This document shows, one piece after another, positions 39,167-47,458 of a stretch of 47,631 nt of DNA. A model generated the notes under the pieces. The model ran no database searches. It was given only the letters and a program-made list of their open reading frames with translations, and was not told the origin of the DNA. Location of the stretch: contig JBFJHN010000001.1 of the NCBI GenBank assembly GCA_041613275.1, positions 1-47,631 on the forward strand. The letters run 5' to 3'. The stretch's first letter is position 1. Each line of letters opens with the position of its first letter. Source of the stretch: Candidatus Krumholzibacteriia bacterium. Lineage in GTDB: Bacteria > Krumholzibacteriota > Krumholzibacteriia > G020349025. A program made the translations under genes and the position numbers.

Positions 39167-39426
39167 TGGCGAAGAGCGCGGCGAATCTCTTCGTTCCGAT
39201 CGCGCTCGGCAAGATCACCGACGCCGGATTCCGCGACCACGGAGAGGGGAAGCGAGTCGGCATCGTAACGATTGAGCTGAGCGACGAAGAGAGCTGCTCG
39301 GAAGTCTGGCCGCTGCTCGGCACGAGCGTCGAGCTGTACTCGCCCGACGCAAGGGGCGTCGTCAAGATCGTGCCGAGCGGACTCGCGCGCGGCGTCTTGC
39401 TCGATGACGGAGTGAGCGACTCGTGA
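39166..39426 (+). CDS. hypothetical protein (86 aa)
   Basis: TAATG overlap. Begins MAKSAANLFVPIALGKITDAGFRDHGEGKRVGIVTIELSDEES... Confidence 0.6.
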   Translation: MAKSAANLFVPIALGKITDAGFRDHGEGKRVGIVTIELSDEESCSEVWPLLGTSVELYSPDARGVVKIVPSGLARGVLLDDGVSDS

Positions 39427-39659
39427 AGCGACCAGCGAAAATGCAATGGAAGTGCCCGCGCTGTGGCGGTCTGAGCGCGTACTCGCCGCCGAGCAAGACG
39501 TGCTCGCGGTGCGGCTACGTGGTGCGCTCTTCGGTCGAACGGCTGCGCGTCGGTCCAGCCCCGAAGCGCGGGAAGCTGGCGAGCTTGAAGCGCGAGGGCG
39601 GTCGCATCAGCGCCGTTGCTCGGCGGCTCGCCGTAGACGATGAGGGAGACAGGGAATGA
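39423..39659 (+). CDS. small zinc-ribbon protein (78 aa)
   Basis: GTGA overlap. Zinc ribbon WKCPRCGG...CSRCGY. Confidence 0.55.
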   Translation: MKRPAKMQWKCPRCGGLSAYSPPSKTCSRCGYVVRSSVERLRVGPAPKRGKLASLKREGGRISAVARRLAVDDEGDRE

Positions 39660-39865
39660 GCGAAGCAGCAAGCAGACTCGGAGGGATGGTCTTCGACGCG
39701 ATTCTGTGCGTCGGCGGCATCGCGAGTGCGTTGTCGGACTCGACAGCGGGAGCGATCTTCTTCGGCGTCGTACTGGCCTCTCGCGTGCTGAGCGAGCCGC
39801 GCGAAGTGCGCTTGCCGAAAGTCATCAACGTCGTCGTGAAGACGCACGACTCGGAGACGCCGTGA
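39656..39865 (+). CDS. small membrane protein (69 aa, two hydrophobic segments; class-II-holin-like topology)
   Basis: ATGA overlap. Hydrophobic segments MVFDAILCVGGIASAL and AGAIFFGVVLASRVL. Confidence 0.55.
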   Translation: MSEAASRLGGMVFDAILCVGGIASALSDSTAGAIFFGVVLASRVLSEPREVRLPKVINVVVKTHDSETP

Positions 39866-40089
39866 GCGCCAAGACTCTCGACGAGCTGTTCGCAAGCGAT
39901 CGCGAGTACTGGACCGATGGACAGATCGCCGCTTTCATGTGCGCGCACGCGATCACGCGCAAGCCGGTCGGAGTCCGAGCCGCTGCTCACTGGAAGCGCC
40001 AGCGCGGGAACTCGTTTGCTGCGTGGCGAGCGCTCTCGAAGAGTGAGCGGAAGATGCGCACAGAGAGCTACGGTACGGACCGGCAATGA
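39862..40089 (+). CDS. hypothetical protein (75 aa)
   Basis: GTG 39862 overlaps TGA. Begins VSAKTLDELFASDREYWTDGQIAAFMCAHAITRKPVG... The upstream ORF-track extension is Arg-rich. Confidence 0.55.
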   Translation: MSAKTLDELFASDREYWTDGQIAAFMCAHAITRKPVGVRAAAHWKRQRGNSFAAWRALSKSERKMRTESYGTDRQ

Positions 40090-40259
40090 GCTGCGGGTGT
40101 AACAGCAGCTCGGCGGTCGACTGTCGTCTCGGCGCTGGTCGCGAAGCTCCATGTCCGTGCGCGTGCCATCCAGACAACCGCAGAGAGAACGGAGGGAAGA
40201 AGCGATGCTCGGCTCGTTCACAGCGTTCCCGTCGACAAGCTTCCTGCTGCCGCTCGTAG
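40086..40259 (+). CDS. possible Cys-rich micro-ORF (57 aa)
   Basis: ATGA coupling to the upstream gene. MSCGCNSSSAVDCRLGAGREAPCPCACHPDN.., but the 3' third overlaps the next, better-supported gene by 55 nt and becomes Arg/Ser-rich. Confidence 0.25.
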   Translation: MSCGCNSSSAVDCRLGAGREAPCPCACHPDNRRENGGKKRCSARSQRSRRQASCCRS

Positions 40260-40366
40260 CGCTCGGCGTCATCGTCAGCGCTGTCGTCGGCACGGCGCTC
40301 GTCTTATCTGTCGCTCGTATCGCCGCAACGGTGCGGCGCAAACGAAAGGAAGCGTTCGTTGAATGA
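40205..40366 (+). CDS. small single-pass membrane protein (53 aa) with basic C-terminus
   Basis: ATG 40205 after GGAGGGAAG. Sequence MLGSFTAFPSTSFLLPLVALGVIVSAVVGTALVLSVARIAATVRRKRKEAFVE. Confidence 0.6.
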   Translation: MLGSFTAFPSTSFLLPLVALGVIVSAVVGTALVLSVARIAATVRRKRKEAFVE

Positions 40367-40625
40367 AGTCGCGCGCCGCTTCTGGCTTCTGTCTCCTCGC
40401 CGAAAAGTAGGCGGCGAGAATCCGTGGGATCCCTGGTTCGACAAGATGTTCGGCGTTCTTGTTCTGAGCGCTTCCGAGTCAGACGCTCGCGCACTCGCGG
40501 CTCTGCAGTGCGGAGAAGAGGGAGAGCAAGCGTGGCTCGACGAGCGATTCTCCGAGTGCGTTCCGCTCGACGACTTGCCGAAAGACAAAGACCGAGTCGT
40601 GCTGCGAGACTTCGCAAGCGCGTGA
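40359..40625 (+). CDS. hypothetical protein (88 aa)
   Basis: ORF-track 40359..40625 with a TTG start (uncertain). Coding-like sequence ..NPWDPWFDKMFGVLVLSASESDARALAALQCGEEGEQAWLDERFSECVPLDD. Confidence 0.55.
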   Translation: MNEVARRFWLLSPRRKVGGENPWDPWFDKMFGVLVLSASESDARALAALQCGEEGEQAWLDERFSECVPLDDLPKDKDRVVLRDFASA

Positions 40626-40666
40626 CGGACTAAGCTGCTGTGCTACTCTCTAAGGCCGGATAGCAG

Positions 40667-41536
40667 ATGCCGCGCAAGAAGAAGTTCACAGCTCCAGCGA
40701 CCGAGCAAGACCGTGGCAAGCGCGACACGTATCTAGTCGAGACCGGCAAGTGCGGACGCCGCACGCGGCGTTGGAAGGCGAGCGTGAGACCGGCGAAGCT
40801 GCCGTACTGCACGAACGCTGCTGGAGCTGGAACGGACCACCCCGGCGACGGTGCTTGCTGGCAGCACGGCGGCAGAGTGCCGCGCGGCGTCGACTCTCCC
40901 GCGTTCGGCGTCAAGCACCAGGACGGCGAAGAAGTACCGGCGAAGAGTCCCGGCAAGTACTCCGTCATTCGCGCGGCTCTGCCGGAGAACTGGCGCGCTG
41001 CGTACGACGAAGCGAAGAGCGATCCGCGCCGCTTCACGTTCGACCGGAACGTGCAAGTGCTGAGCGGCGCGCTGGTCGATTCCCTGGAGCGTGCAGCCGA
41101 AGCCGATCCCGGCAAGATCATCGACGGCGTGCGAGAGCAGATGCGAGCCGCGCGCGCCGCATCCGAGAGCGGCGATCTCGACGGCTTGCTTTTGGCGGTT
41201 ACGCGCATCGAGACGCTCGTCAGCGACAAAGAGGCGGTGCCGAAATGGTCGAAAGCCGTCGACCAAGTCGTCGACGTGCTGAAAGAGATTCGCTACACGG
41301 TGCGAGACGAGAACAAGCGGCAGCACGAAGAGCGGCTCGTGGTGACGCAAGAGCAGCTCGCTCTGATCTCGATGCGCTGGATCGCGATTCTTGAGCAGCG
41401 ACTTCTCGCGCCCGACGTGATCGCGGCTCTCGGAGAGAAGGAAGCACGCAAGCTCTTGCTCGGCATCGCGCAAGACTGCGACGCGGAACAGAAGAGTCGA
41501 GCCTGGGGTCCACGGCTCGTGGAAGCGTCAGCGTGA
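40667..41536 (+). CDS. putative small terminase subunit or other DNA-binding late protein (Cys..HGG motif)
   Basis: 289 aa. N-terminal basic region plus CGRRTRRWKASV..LPYCTNAAGAGTDHPGDGACWQHGGRVP, a motif I recall from phage proteins often annotated TerS by synteny. Helical C-terminus. Two genes separate it from TerL, so the assignment is weak. Confidence 0.35.
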   Translation: MPRKKKFTAPATEQDRGKRDTYLVETGKCGRRTRRWKASVRPAKLPYCTNAAGAGTDHPGDGACWQHGGRVPRGVDSPAFGVKHQDGEEVPAKSPGKYSVIRAALPENWRAAYDEAKSDPRRFTFDRNVQVLSGALVDSLERAAEADPGKIIDGVREQMRAARAASESGDLDGLLLAVTRIETLVSDKEAVPKWSKAVDQVVDVLKEIRYTVRDENKRQHEERLVVTQEQLALISMRWIAILEQRLLAPDVIAALGEKEARKLLLGIAQDCDAEQKSRAWGPRLVEASA

Positions 41537-41555
41537 CGCGAAAGGAGAAAGCGAC

Positions 41556-41933
41556 ATGAAAAGGGCCAGTCTTTTGATTCTCGTCGCCGTGGCTATTGCC
41601 ACGGCAGGATGTTCGCAGCTGCAGCCGTTGCTCCCCGGCTTCTCACCGATCGACAACGAAACATGCGCGGGCGCGCGGCTCGTGGTCGATCTCGTCTGTC
41701 CGGTGGTAGCGGAGACCGGCAGCATGCTCTCTGCTCGCGACGTCGGCGAGTCGTGCGGCACGGTGATGCTGTTTGACATGGCAGAGCGCCGTCGCTCCGT
41801 GAGCACCGATTCGGAGCTGATGCGCAAGAGCGCGACGCGCACCGTCGTGCGGACGCCGACCGGCGAGAAGTTCACGGTCCCGCTCTCGTTCGACCGAGTG
41901 AACGCCGAGTTCGACGAGCATCGCTGTCGATGA
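41556..41933 (+). CDS. lipoprotein (125 aa; lipobox IATAG|C)
   Basis: AAAGGAG SD. MKRASLLILVAVAIATAGCSQ.. is a signal peptidase II-type signal. Five further Cys in the mature part. Confidence 0.7.
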   Translation: MKRASLLILVAVAIATAGCSQLQPLLPGFSPIDNETCAGARLVVDLVCPVVAETGSMLSARDVGESCGTVMLFDMAERRRSVSTDSELMRKSATRTVVRTPTGEKFTVPLSFDRVNAEFDEHRCR

Positions 41934-43738
41934 AACAGCATCGCGTCTCGATGTGGGGCGAGCCGATCGACGGCCTCGTTCAAGGATTCCCGCAAGCGGC
42001 TGCGTGGTGCGCTCGCCACGGCATCGGAACGAAGCTGCACGTGCAGGCGGTTCGTCTGCTGAATAGGAAGTGGCTCAGTGATCCGGTGACGCGTTTCATG
42101 CAAGAGCGCGCCGATGACATCTACGGCGTCGCCACGAATCGGCAGTGTGTCGAATGGTGCGCGAGGAAAGCAGTACCGCTCGTCGTCTGCGTTTCGCACT
42201 TCCGCCCCGGTTCGCCCGGCGGTCGAGTCGGCTACAACGACGAAGCGTTCAGAGTCACCGACGCCGAGTTCGCGCTCGCTTGCTCACTGGCAGAGAGAGA
42301 GGCGCTACGGCTTCACGTGCTCGACGACCGGCTCGTCATCCAGATTGAGAATGAGCCGTTCGCCGGGAACGCTGCGTACGAGCTTGACGAGTACGACGAT
42401 CGGTGGATGGCGGCAGTCGATGCCGTCGACGAAGCGGAAGTTCTGATTCGAGACGTCACCACATCAACGCGCATCACCGAAGGGCGACACTTCGCGATTC
42501 CCGATGCGTTCTCTCTGGAGCAAGTCGCGCAGGGTGTGACGCAGCGACGTCGCGGCACGAACGGCCCACGGTTCGCTCTCGACGAGTTCTGGCTCGCGCG
42601 CGGCCGAGAAGACAGCGAGCGCTCAGCGGCTCAGTACCGCACGGCTCTCGCGCAAGCAGAGCGCGAAGGGTCGATCGTGACCGGATTCTTCGTCGGTCAC
42701 GAAGGGCAGAGTGCCGGTCTGCGGTGGGGCGCTGCGACGTACTACACGACGGCATGGGGGGACGGCGCGATGACAGCGATCGGCAGGGCGCTCGATGAAC
42801 TGTTCCAGCACGAGACCCCGGTTCCGATCGTGCCGACTCCACAGCCGAAGCCGGACGTGCATACGCGAACGAAGATCGCTCGCGCTCTCGATGCGATCGA
42901 GTCGCTGCTCGTGCGGCGGCAGAGCGCCAAGATGCCGAAGCGCGACAAGTGGGAAGAGACGTCGTTCTTGCGCGACGGCGATCTCGGCTCGCTCCGCGTG
43001 TCGATCGAGACGGTGCGCGGCTGGCTCGCGAGCGTGTCGAACAGACCGAGCCAAGCCGAGACGCGCCAAGCGCTGCGCGAGCTTGAGTCGATGCGCCACG
43101 AGATCGAGTCGCGCGTCGGCAAAGTGCCGAACAGGAAGAAGCGCAAGTCGACCGCTGCTCTCAGGAGCGGCGACGTCGATGACGTCATCGAGACGCTCGA
43201 AGACTTGGAGCTGCTCATCGCTTCGCTCACCTTCGCCGACGACAAGCCAGCGCCGCCGACGCCGCTCCCGCCAGGGCGACCGGACGACCAGCTGCCGAGC
43301 GACGGTGGCGCGCAGTTCTCCGAAGACGACCTCGCGGCTGTGTCCATGCTGATGCAAGATGAGCGCGTTCATCTCGCATGCTTGCGCCGCCGCAACCACT
43401 GGGAGATTCGTCACCGGAACACGGAGGGCGGCGAGCCATCCGCACCGATCCGAGAGGCGACGATCTCCGCTGCGTACTCTCGCTACAAGCGCGAGCGCTT
43501 CGGAGTTACGCTGACGAGACCTCCGCACCAGCTCTCGCGCGACGAAGTCGCAGCGCTCGCTGCGCTGTGGAACGTGCCGCTCGACAACCCGCGAGCCGTT
43601 CGGTGGGAGAGGGATTACACCGAAGTCGACTACATCGACCGAGACGGCGAGCACGCGGGCGGCGCGAGTGACAGTGCGCGGTGGGGGCGAGGCGAACTCG
43701 TCGAGCCGGTGAAGCATCTCGTGCGAGCGCTGTCGTGA
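41930..43738 (+). CDS. large hypothetical protein (602 aa); N-terminal ~280 aa possibly a clan GH-A-like glycosidase barrel
   Basis: ATGA overlap with the lipoprotein gene. VIQIENEPFAGNAAYE (NEP acid/base-type motif) and RFALDEFWLARG (candidate nucleophile strand). The C-terminal half (coil, Pro-rich linker, unknown domain) is unassigned. Confidence 0.6.
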   Translation: MKQHRVSMWGEPIDGLVQGFPQAAAWCARHGIGTKLHVQAVRLLNRKWLSDPVTRFMQERADDIYGVATNRQCVEWCARKAVPLVVCVSHFRPGSPGGRVGYNDEAFRVTDAEFALACSLAEREALRLHVLDDRLVIQIENEPFAGNAAYELDEYDDRWMAAVDAVDEAEVLIRDVTTSTRITEGRHFAIPDAFSLEQVAQGVTQRRRGTNGPRFALDEFWLARGREDSERSAAQYRTALAQAEREGSIVTGFFVGHEGQSAGLRWGAATYYTTAWGDGAMTAIGRALDELFQHETPVPIVPTPQPKPDVHTRTKIARALDAIESLLVRRQSAKMPKRDKWEETSFLRDGDLGSLRVSIETVRGWLASVSNRPSQAETRQALRELESMRHEIESRVGKVPNRKKRKSTAALRSGDVDDVIETLEDLELLIASLTFADDKPAPPTPLPPGRPDDQLPSDGGAQFSEDDLAAVSMLMQDERVHLACLRRRNHWEIRHRNTEGGEPSAPIREATISAAYSRYKRERFGVTLTRPPHQLSRDEVAALAALWNVPLDNPRAVRWERDYTEVDYIDRDGEHAGGASDSARWGRGELVEPVKHLVRALS

Positions 43739-43742
43739 CTCC

Positions 43743-45146
43743 ATGCGTCGAGCCGTCGACCGACCGCTCGTACTCGACTGCTGGAGCGGTCTCAGTGAGC
43801 GCGTTCTCGATCTAGCCGAGCGGCTGCGCGTCGGCGCGTCGTGGGAAGCTGGCATCTGCAGACCGTACTCGGTCTACGCCAGAGAGAAGCAGCGCATCCC
43901 GTTCGGCGAAGAGTGGTTCCTCTATCTCTTCGTCACCGGTCGCGGCATCGGCAAGACGTGGACGCTGTCGGGTACCGGCGTCTCGAAATGGAAAGCGAAC
44001 GAGTGGCGGCGAACGGCGATCATCGCGCCGACGCAAGACGACGTCCGCAAGTGGGTGTCGGAAGACGACGAGTCGGGCATCATGGCGATGTGCTACGCAG
44101 AGGGTCTCGGCGTCCACTACTCGTCGGCGAACATGCGGCTCTCGTTCGACTCTGGCGCGAAGGCGTATCTGTACTCAGCGGAGAAGGGCGGCAAGCTGCG
44201 GAACAAGCAGCACGACTCCGCACTGCTCGACGAGATGCGCGAGTGGGTCGACCTTTCCGGCGTCTACGACAATCTAATTCGCGGTTTGCGGCTCGGTCGT
44301 GACCCGCGCATGATCGGCGCGACCACGCCGCCCGGTGTCGTCGGTGAGAGCAAGGTTGGCGCGAAAGTCCAAGCCGCGAACAAGAAGTTCATCCGCAAGC
44401 TCATGGAGCGCGAGTCGACTCGGATCGTGACCGGCTCATCGATGGAGAACGTCGACAACCTCTCGCCGGTCTACTACGCAGAGGCGATCGAGCCGTACAT
44501 CGGCACGCGCGTCGGACGGCAAGAAGTCGACGGTGAGTTCATCGACGAAGTCGAGGGCGCGCTGCTGAAGCCGAGCGACTTCGACCGGCTGCGCGTCAAG
44601 CCGAGCGAAGTGCCAGACGATCTCGTGCGCGTCGCAGTCTCGGTCGACCCGCCAGGAACGAGCACGAACGAAAGCTCTGAAGCTGGCGTCTTGTCGATGG
44701 CTGTTTCGGGGCCGGTGAACGGCGGCAAGCCGCACGCGTACTTGCTCGACGACGTCTCTGGACACATGAGCCCTACAGAGTGGGCGCGCGCTGCGGCGAA
44801 GCTCTACCACCAGCGGAAAGCCGACGTCGTCTTCGGCGAAGTCAACCATGGCGGCGACATGGTGAAGTCGACGCTGCGCTCGTACGACGACTCGCTCGTC
44901 GTCCAGCAGATTCGAGCGAGTCGCGGCAAGCACGTGCGCGTCGCTCCGGCGATCGGCATGGTTGAGCAGGGGCGCGTGCACCACGTCGGCGAGTTCCCTG
45001 TCCTCGAAGAGCAGCTCTGTTCGTTCACCGACGCGGGGTACTTCGGCGTCGGCTCTCCAGACCGCGCGGATGCGTGGGCGTATCTCGTGCAAGAGCTACT
45101 GCTCAGAGGGCAAGCGCACGGGTACTACAAAGTCGCACGGCGCTAA
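43743..45146 (+). CDS. terL: terminase large subunit
   Basis: Walker A FVTGRGIGKT, Walker B SALLDEMREW. C-terminal RNaseH-like nuclease blocks VAVSVDPPG, VVFGEVNHGGDMV and SPDRADAWAYL. Followed by the portal gene. Confidence 0.9.
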   Translation: MRRAVDRPLVLDCWSGLSERVLDLAERLRVGASWEAGICRPYSVYAREKQRIPFGEEWFLYLFVTGRGIGKTWTLSGTGVSKWKANEWRRTAIIAPTQDDVRKWVSEDDESGIMAMCYAEGLGVHYSSANMRLSFDSGAKAYLYSAEKGGKLRNKQHDSALLDEMREWVDLSGVYDNLIRGLRLGRDPRMIGATTPPGVVGESKVGAKVQAANKKFIRKLMERESTRIVTGSSMENVDNLSPVYYAEAIEPYIGTRVGRQEVDGEFIDEVEGALLKPSDFDRLRVKPSEVPDDLVRVAVSVDPPGTSTNESSEAGVLSMAVSGPVNGGKPHAYLLDDVSGHMSPTEWARAAAKLYHQRKADVVFGEVNHGGDMVKSTLRSYDDSLVVQQIRASRGKHVRVAPAIGMVEQGRVHHVGEFPVLEEQLCSFTDAGYFGVGSPDRADAWAYLVQELLLRGQAHGYYKVARR

Positions 45147-45170
45147 GAGCGCTGTGCTATCCTCCCCGCC

Positions 45171-47429
45171 GTGGCTTCAACACTAGTAGAGCGCGTGAAA
45201 GTCGCCGCGCGAGTGTTCCGAGCGCTCGGAGAGCCAGACCCCGACGCCGCGCGCGGTCTACTTTCTCAAGTGTTCCCGATGATGGGGCCGGGGCCGCGAC
45301 GCACGGCTATCGACTACTTGCGCTACTACACGCGCTCGCCGCTTCTGCGGATGATCGGCTCGCGCATCGCCGGAGCGACGGCGGCTGTTCGATGGGAAGC
45401 GCTGACACCGACCGCGGGCGGCTCTCGTGGTGAGCGCGTCGCCGCCGAAGTGCTCCATGCGGACGCCACGTCGCGCGCCAAGATGCTCGTCGGCATGAAG
45501 CGCGCTGGCGATCTGCGCGAGATCCCGAACCATCCGATTCTGCACCTCAGACAACGCGAGTGGGGCGGCATCTACGGCGGCGAGCGGCGGAAGCTGACGC
45601 AGCTCTACTTCGACATAGTCGGCGAGAGCTTCTTGCTGATGGACCGCAACGCGTTCGGCATGCCGATCGGCTTGCAAGTGCTGCCGCCGACGTGGTGCAA
45701 AGCGATCGCCACGGCGCGCAAGCCGACGTTCCGATTCGAATACGGCACGTGGCGACCGGAGCCGATCCCGGCGACGGAAGTCGTCTACATGCGCGATCTC
45801 GACCCGGTCTTTCCGTCGTCGCGCGGCATCGGTGCGGCGATGGCTCTCGGCGACGAGCTGCACGTCGATGAGATGGCAGCGAAGCACATCGGCGCTGAGT
45901 ATCAGAATCGCGGCGTGCCGCCGTACCTCATCGGCTTGCCGGGAGCGACGCCGCGCCAAGCGCGCGAACTCGAAGACGACATCGTCGCTCGGCGCAGGGG
46001 AGTGCGCAGCTACGCGCCGATCGCGTTCACGTTGCCGCCCGAAGCCGATCTCGCGAAGTCGGTGCTGTTCAAAGAGCTGTCGCGCGAGCTGGTCGGCGTG
46101 CAGTCGACGGCGATCCGCACGCAAGAGCAAGACATCGCGATTCAGATGTTCCATCTCTCGCCAGAGACACTCGGTCGCATCACGAACTCGAATCGAGCGA
46201 CGATCGACGCCGCCGACTACCTGCTCGCTCGTGGCGTACTGATGCCGCGCCTGGAGTACGAGCGCGAAGTGTGGCAAGAGCGCGTCGTGCCGGAGTTCGA
46301 CAACCGCCCCGGCAAGCTCATCCTTGCGTACGAGAGTCCGGTCGAAGAGGACAAGCAGCACACGCTGCGCGTCTCGGCTCGTCATCCGTCCGCTCTGACG
46401 AACGACGAGAAGCGAGAGATGATGAATCTTGAGCCGTGGGGACCGGAGCGCGGCGGCGACAAAGTAATGATCCCGGCGAACGTCGGCTTCATCGACCCCG
46501 CCGAGCTGCCGACGCCGGAAGAGGCGCGACCGCCGAAGCAGAACGGCGAGCGCCAGGACCGCTCTTGGCGCTACCGCCGAAAAGAGCTGGACGTCGAGCG
46601 CGTGATCGAGCAGTTCTCGAAGCTCTTTGCCGCCGCGTATCTGTCCTCGATCGACGCCGAAGTCGAAGCGGCTGCGACCGGTCTCGACGCGGCGGTGGAC
46701 GCGGGACCGCGCTCGGTCGAGCAGCTCGTGTCGTTCGACCGGTTCGCCGAGTCTTTCGAGCCGGAAGCGCGCTCGGCTCTTGAAGCGATCGTGAGCAGTG
46801 TCGGCAGCGAGTCGGCGGCTCAGCTCGGAACGAGCTTCAACGTGGACGGCTTCGCGCGCGAGTGGATTCGCTCGCACGGTGCCGACATGGTGACGGGTGT
46901 CGCTGATGCGAACCGTGCCGGTCTACGGCGCGCGCTCGAAAGCGCCTTCAGAGAGAGCGGCACGACGCGCGAAGCGCTGCTCAAGCAGATCGAGAAGCAC
47001 ATCGGACTCGACAAGAACGGCTCGCGCAGTCTCGACAAGTTCATCCGCGAGCTTGCCGCAGACCCGCCCGACGTCTCCGAAGCGCAGCTGCAGCGGATGA
47101 TAGACCGCAAGCATCGGGAGCTGCTGCGCCGCCGCGCGAATCTCATCGCCACGCAAGAGACGAACGACGCCGCGAACTTCGCCGAGGGCGAGAGCTGGAA
47201 GCGCGCCGTCTCGGATGGCACGATCGGCGAGGACTCGATGCAGACATGGATGCGTGAGCCGAGCACCGAAGCATGCGAGCACGACGGTGGTATCTGCGAC
47301 CGACTCGACGGGCAGACCGTACGAGTGGGCGCTTCATTCAGCGACAACGGCAAGCAGGTCGAGCGGCCCCCGGTCGGCATCGGCTGCAAGTGCCGCAGAC
47401 TGTTAGACGCGACCGACCCTGACGAGTGA
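45171..47429 (+). CDS. portal protein fused to a MuF/SPP1-gp7-like head-morphogenesis domain (752 aa)
   Basis: N-terminal ~430 aa are HK97-type portal-like (..NHPILHLRQREWGG..LTQLYFDIVGESFLLMD..VLPPTW..). The C-terminus has the MuF signature ANLIATQETNDAANFAEGESWK ... CDRLDGQTVRVGASFSDNGKQVERPPVGIGCKCR. GTG 45171 has no SD, so the start is uncertain. Confidence 0.85.
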   Translation: MASTLVERVKVAARVFRALGEPDPDAARGLLSQVFPMMGPGPRRTAIDYLRYYTRSPLLRMIGSRIAGATAAVRWEALTPTAGGSRGERVAAEVLHADATSRAKMLVGMKRAGDLREIPNHPILHLRQREWGGIYGGERRKLTQLYFDIVGESFLLMDRNAFGMPIGLQVLPPTWCKAIATARKPTFRFEYGTWRPEPIPATEVVYMRDLDPVFPSSRGIGAAMALGDELHVDEMAAKHIGAEYQNRGVPPYLIGLPGATPRQARELEDDIVARRRGVRSYAPIAFTLPPEADLAKSVLFKELSRELVGVQSTAIRTQEQDIAIQMFHLSPETLGRITNSNRATIDAADYLLARGVLMPRLEYEREVWQERVVPEFDNRPGKLILAYESPVEEDKQHTLRVSARHPSALTNDEKREMMNLEPWGPERGGDKVMIPANVGFIDPAELPTPEEARPPKQNGERQDRSWRYRRKELDVERVIEQFSKLFAAAYLSSIDAEVEAAATGLDAAVDAGPRSVEQLVSFDRFAESFEPEARSALEAIVSSVGSESAAQLGTSFNVDGFAREWIRSHGADMVTGVADANRAGLRRALESAFRESGTTREALLKQIEKHIGLDKNGSRSLDKFIRELAADPPDVSEAQLQRMIDRKHRELLRRRANLIATQETNDAANFAEGESWKRAVSDGTIGEDSMQTWMREPSTEACEHDGGICDRLDGQTVRVGASFSDNGKQVERPPVGIGCKCRRLLDATDPDE

Positions 47430-47458
47430 GGTAGACTCGCGAGCTAAGGAGAAACTAA

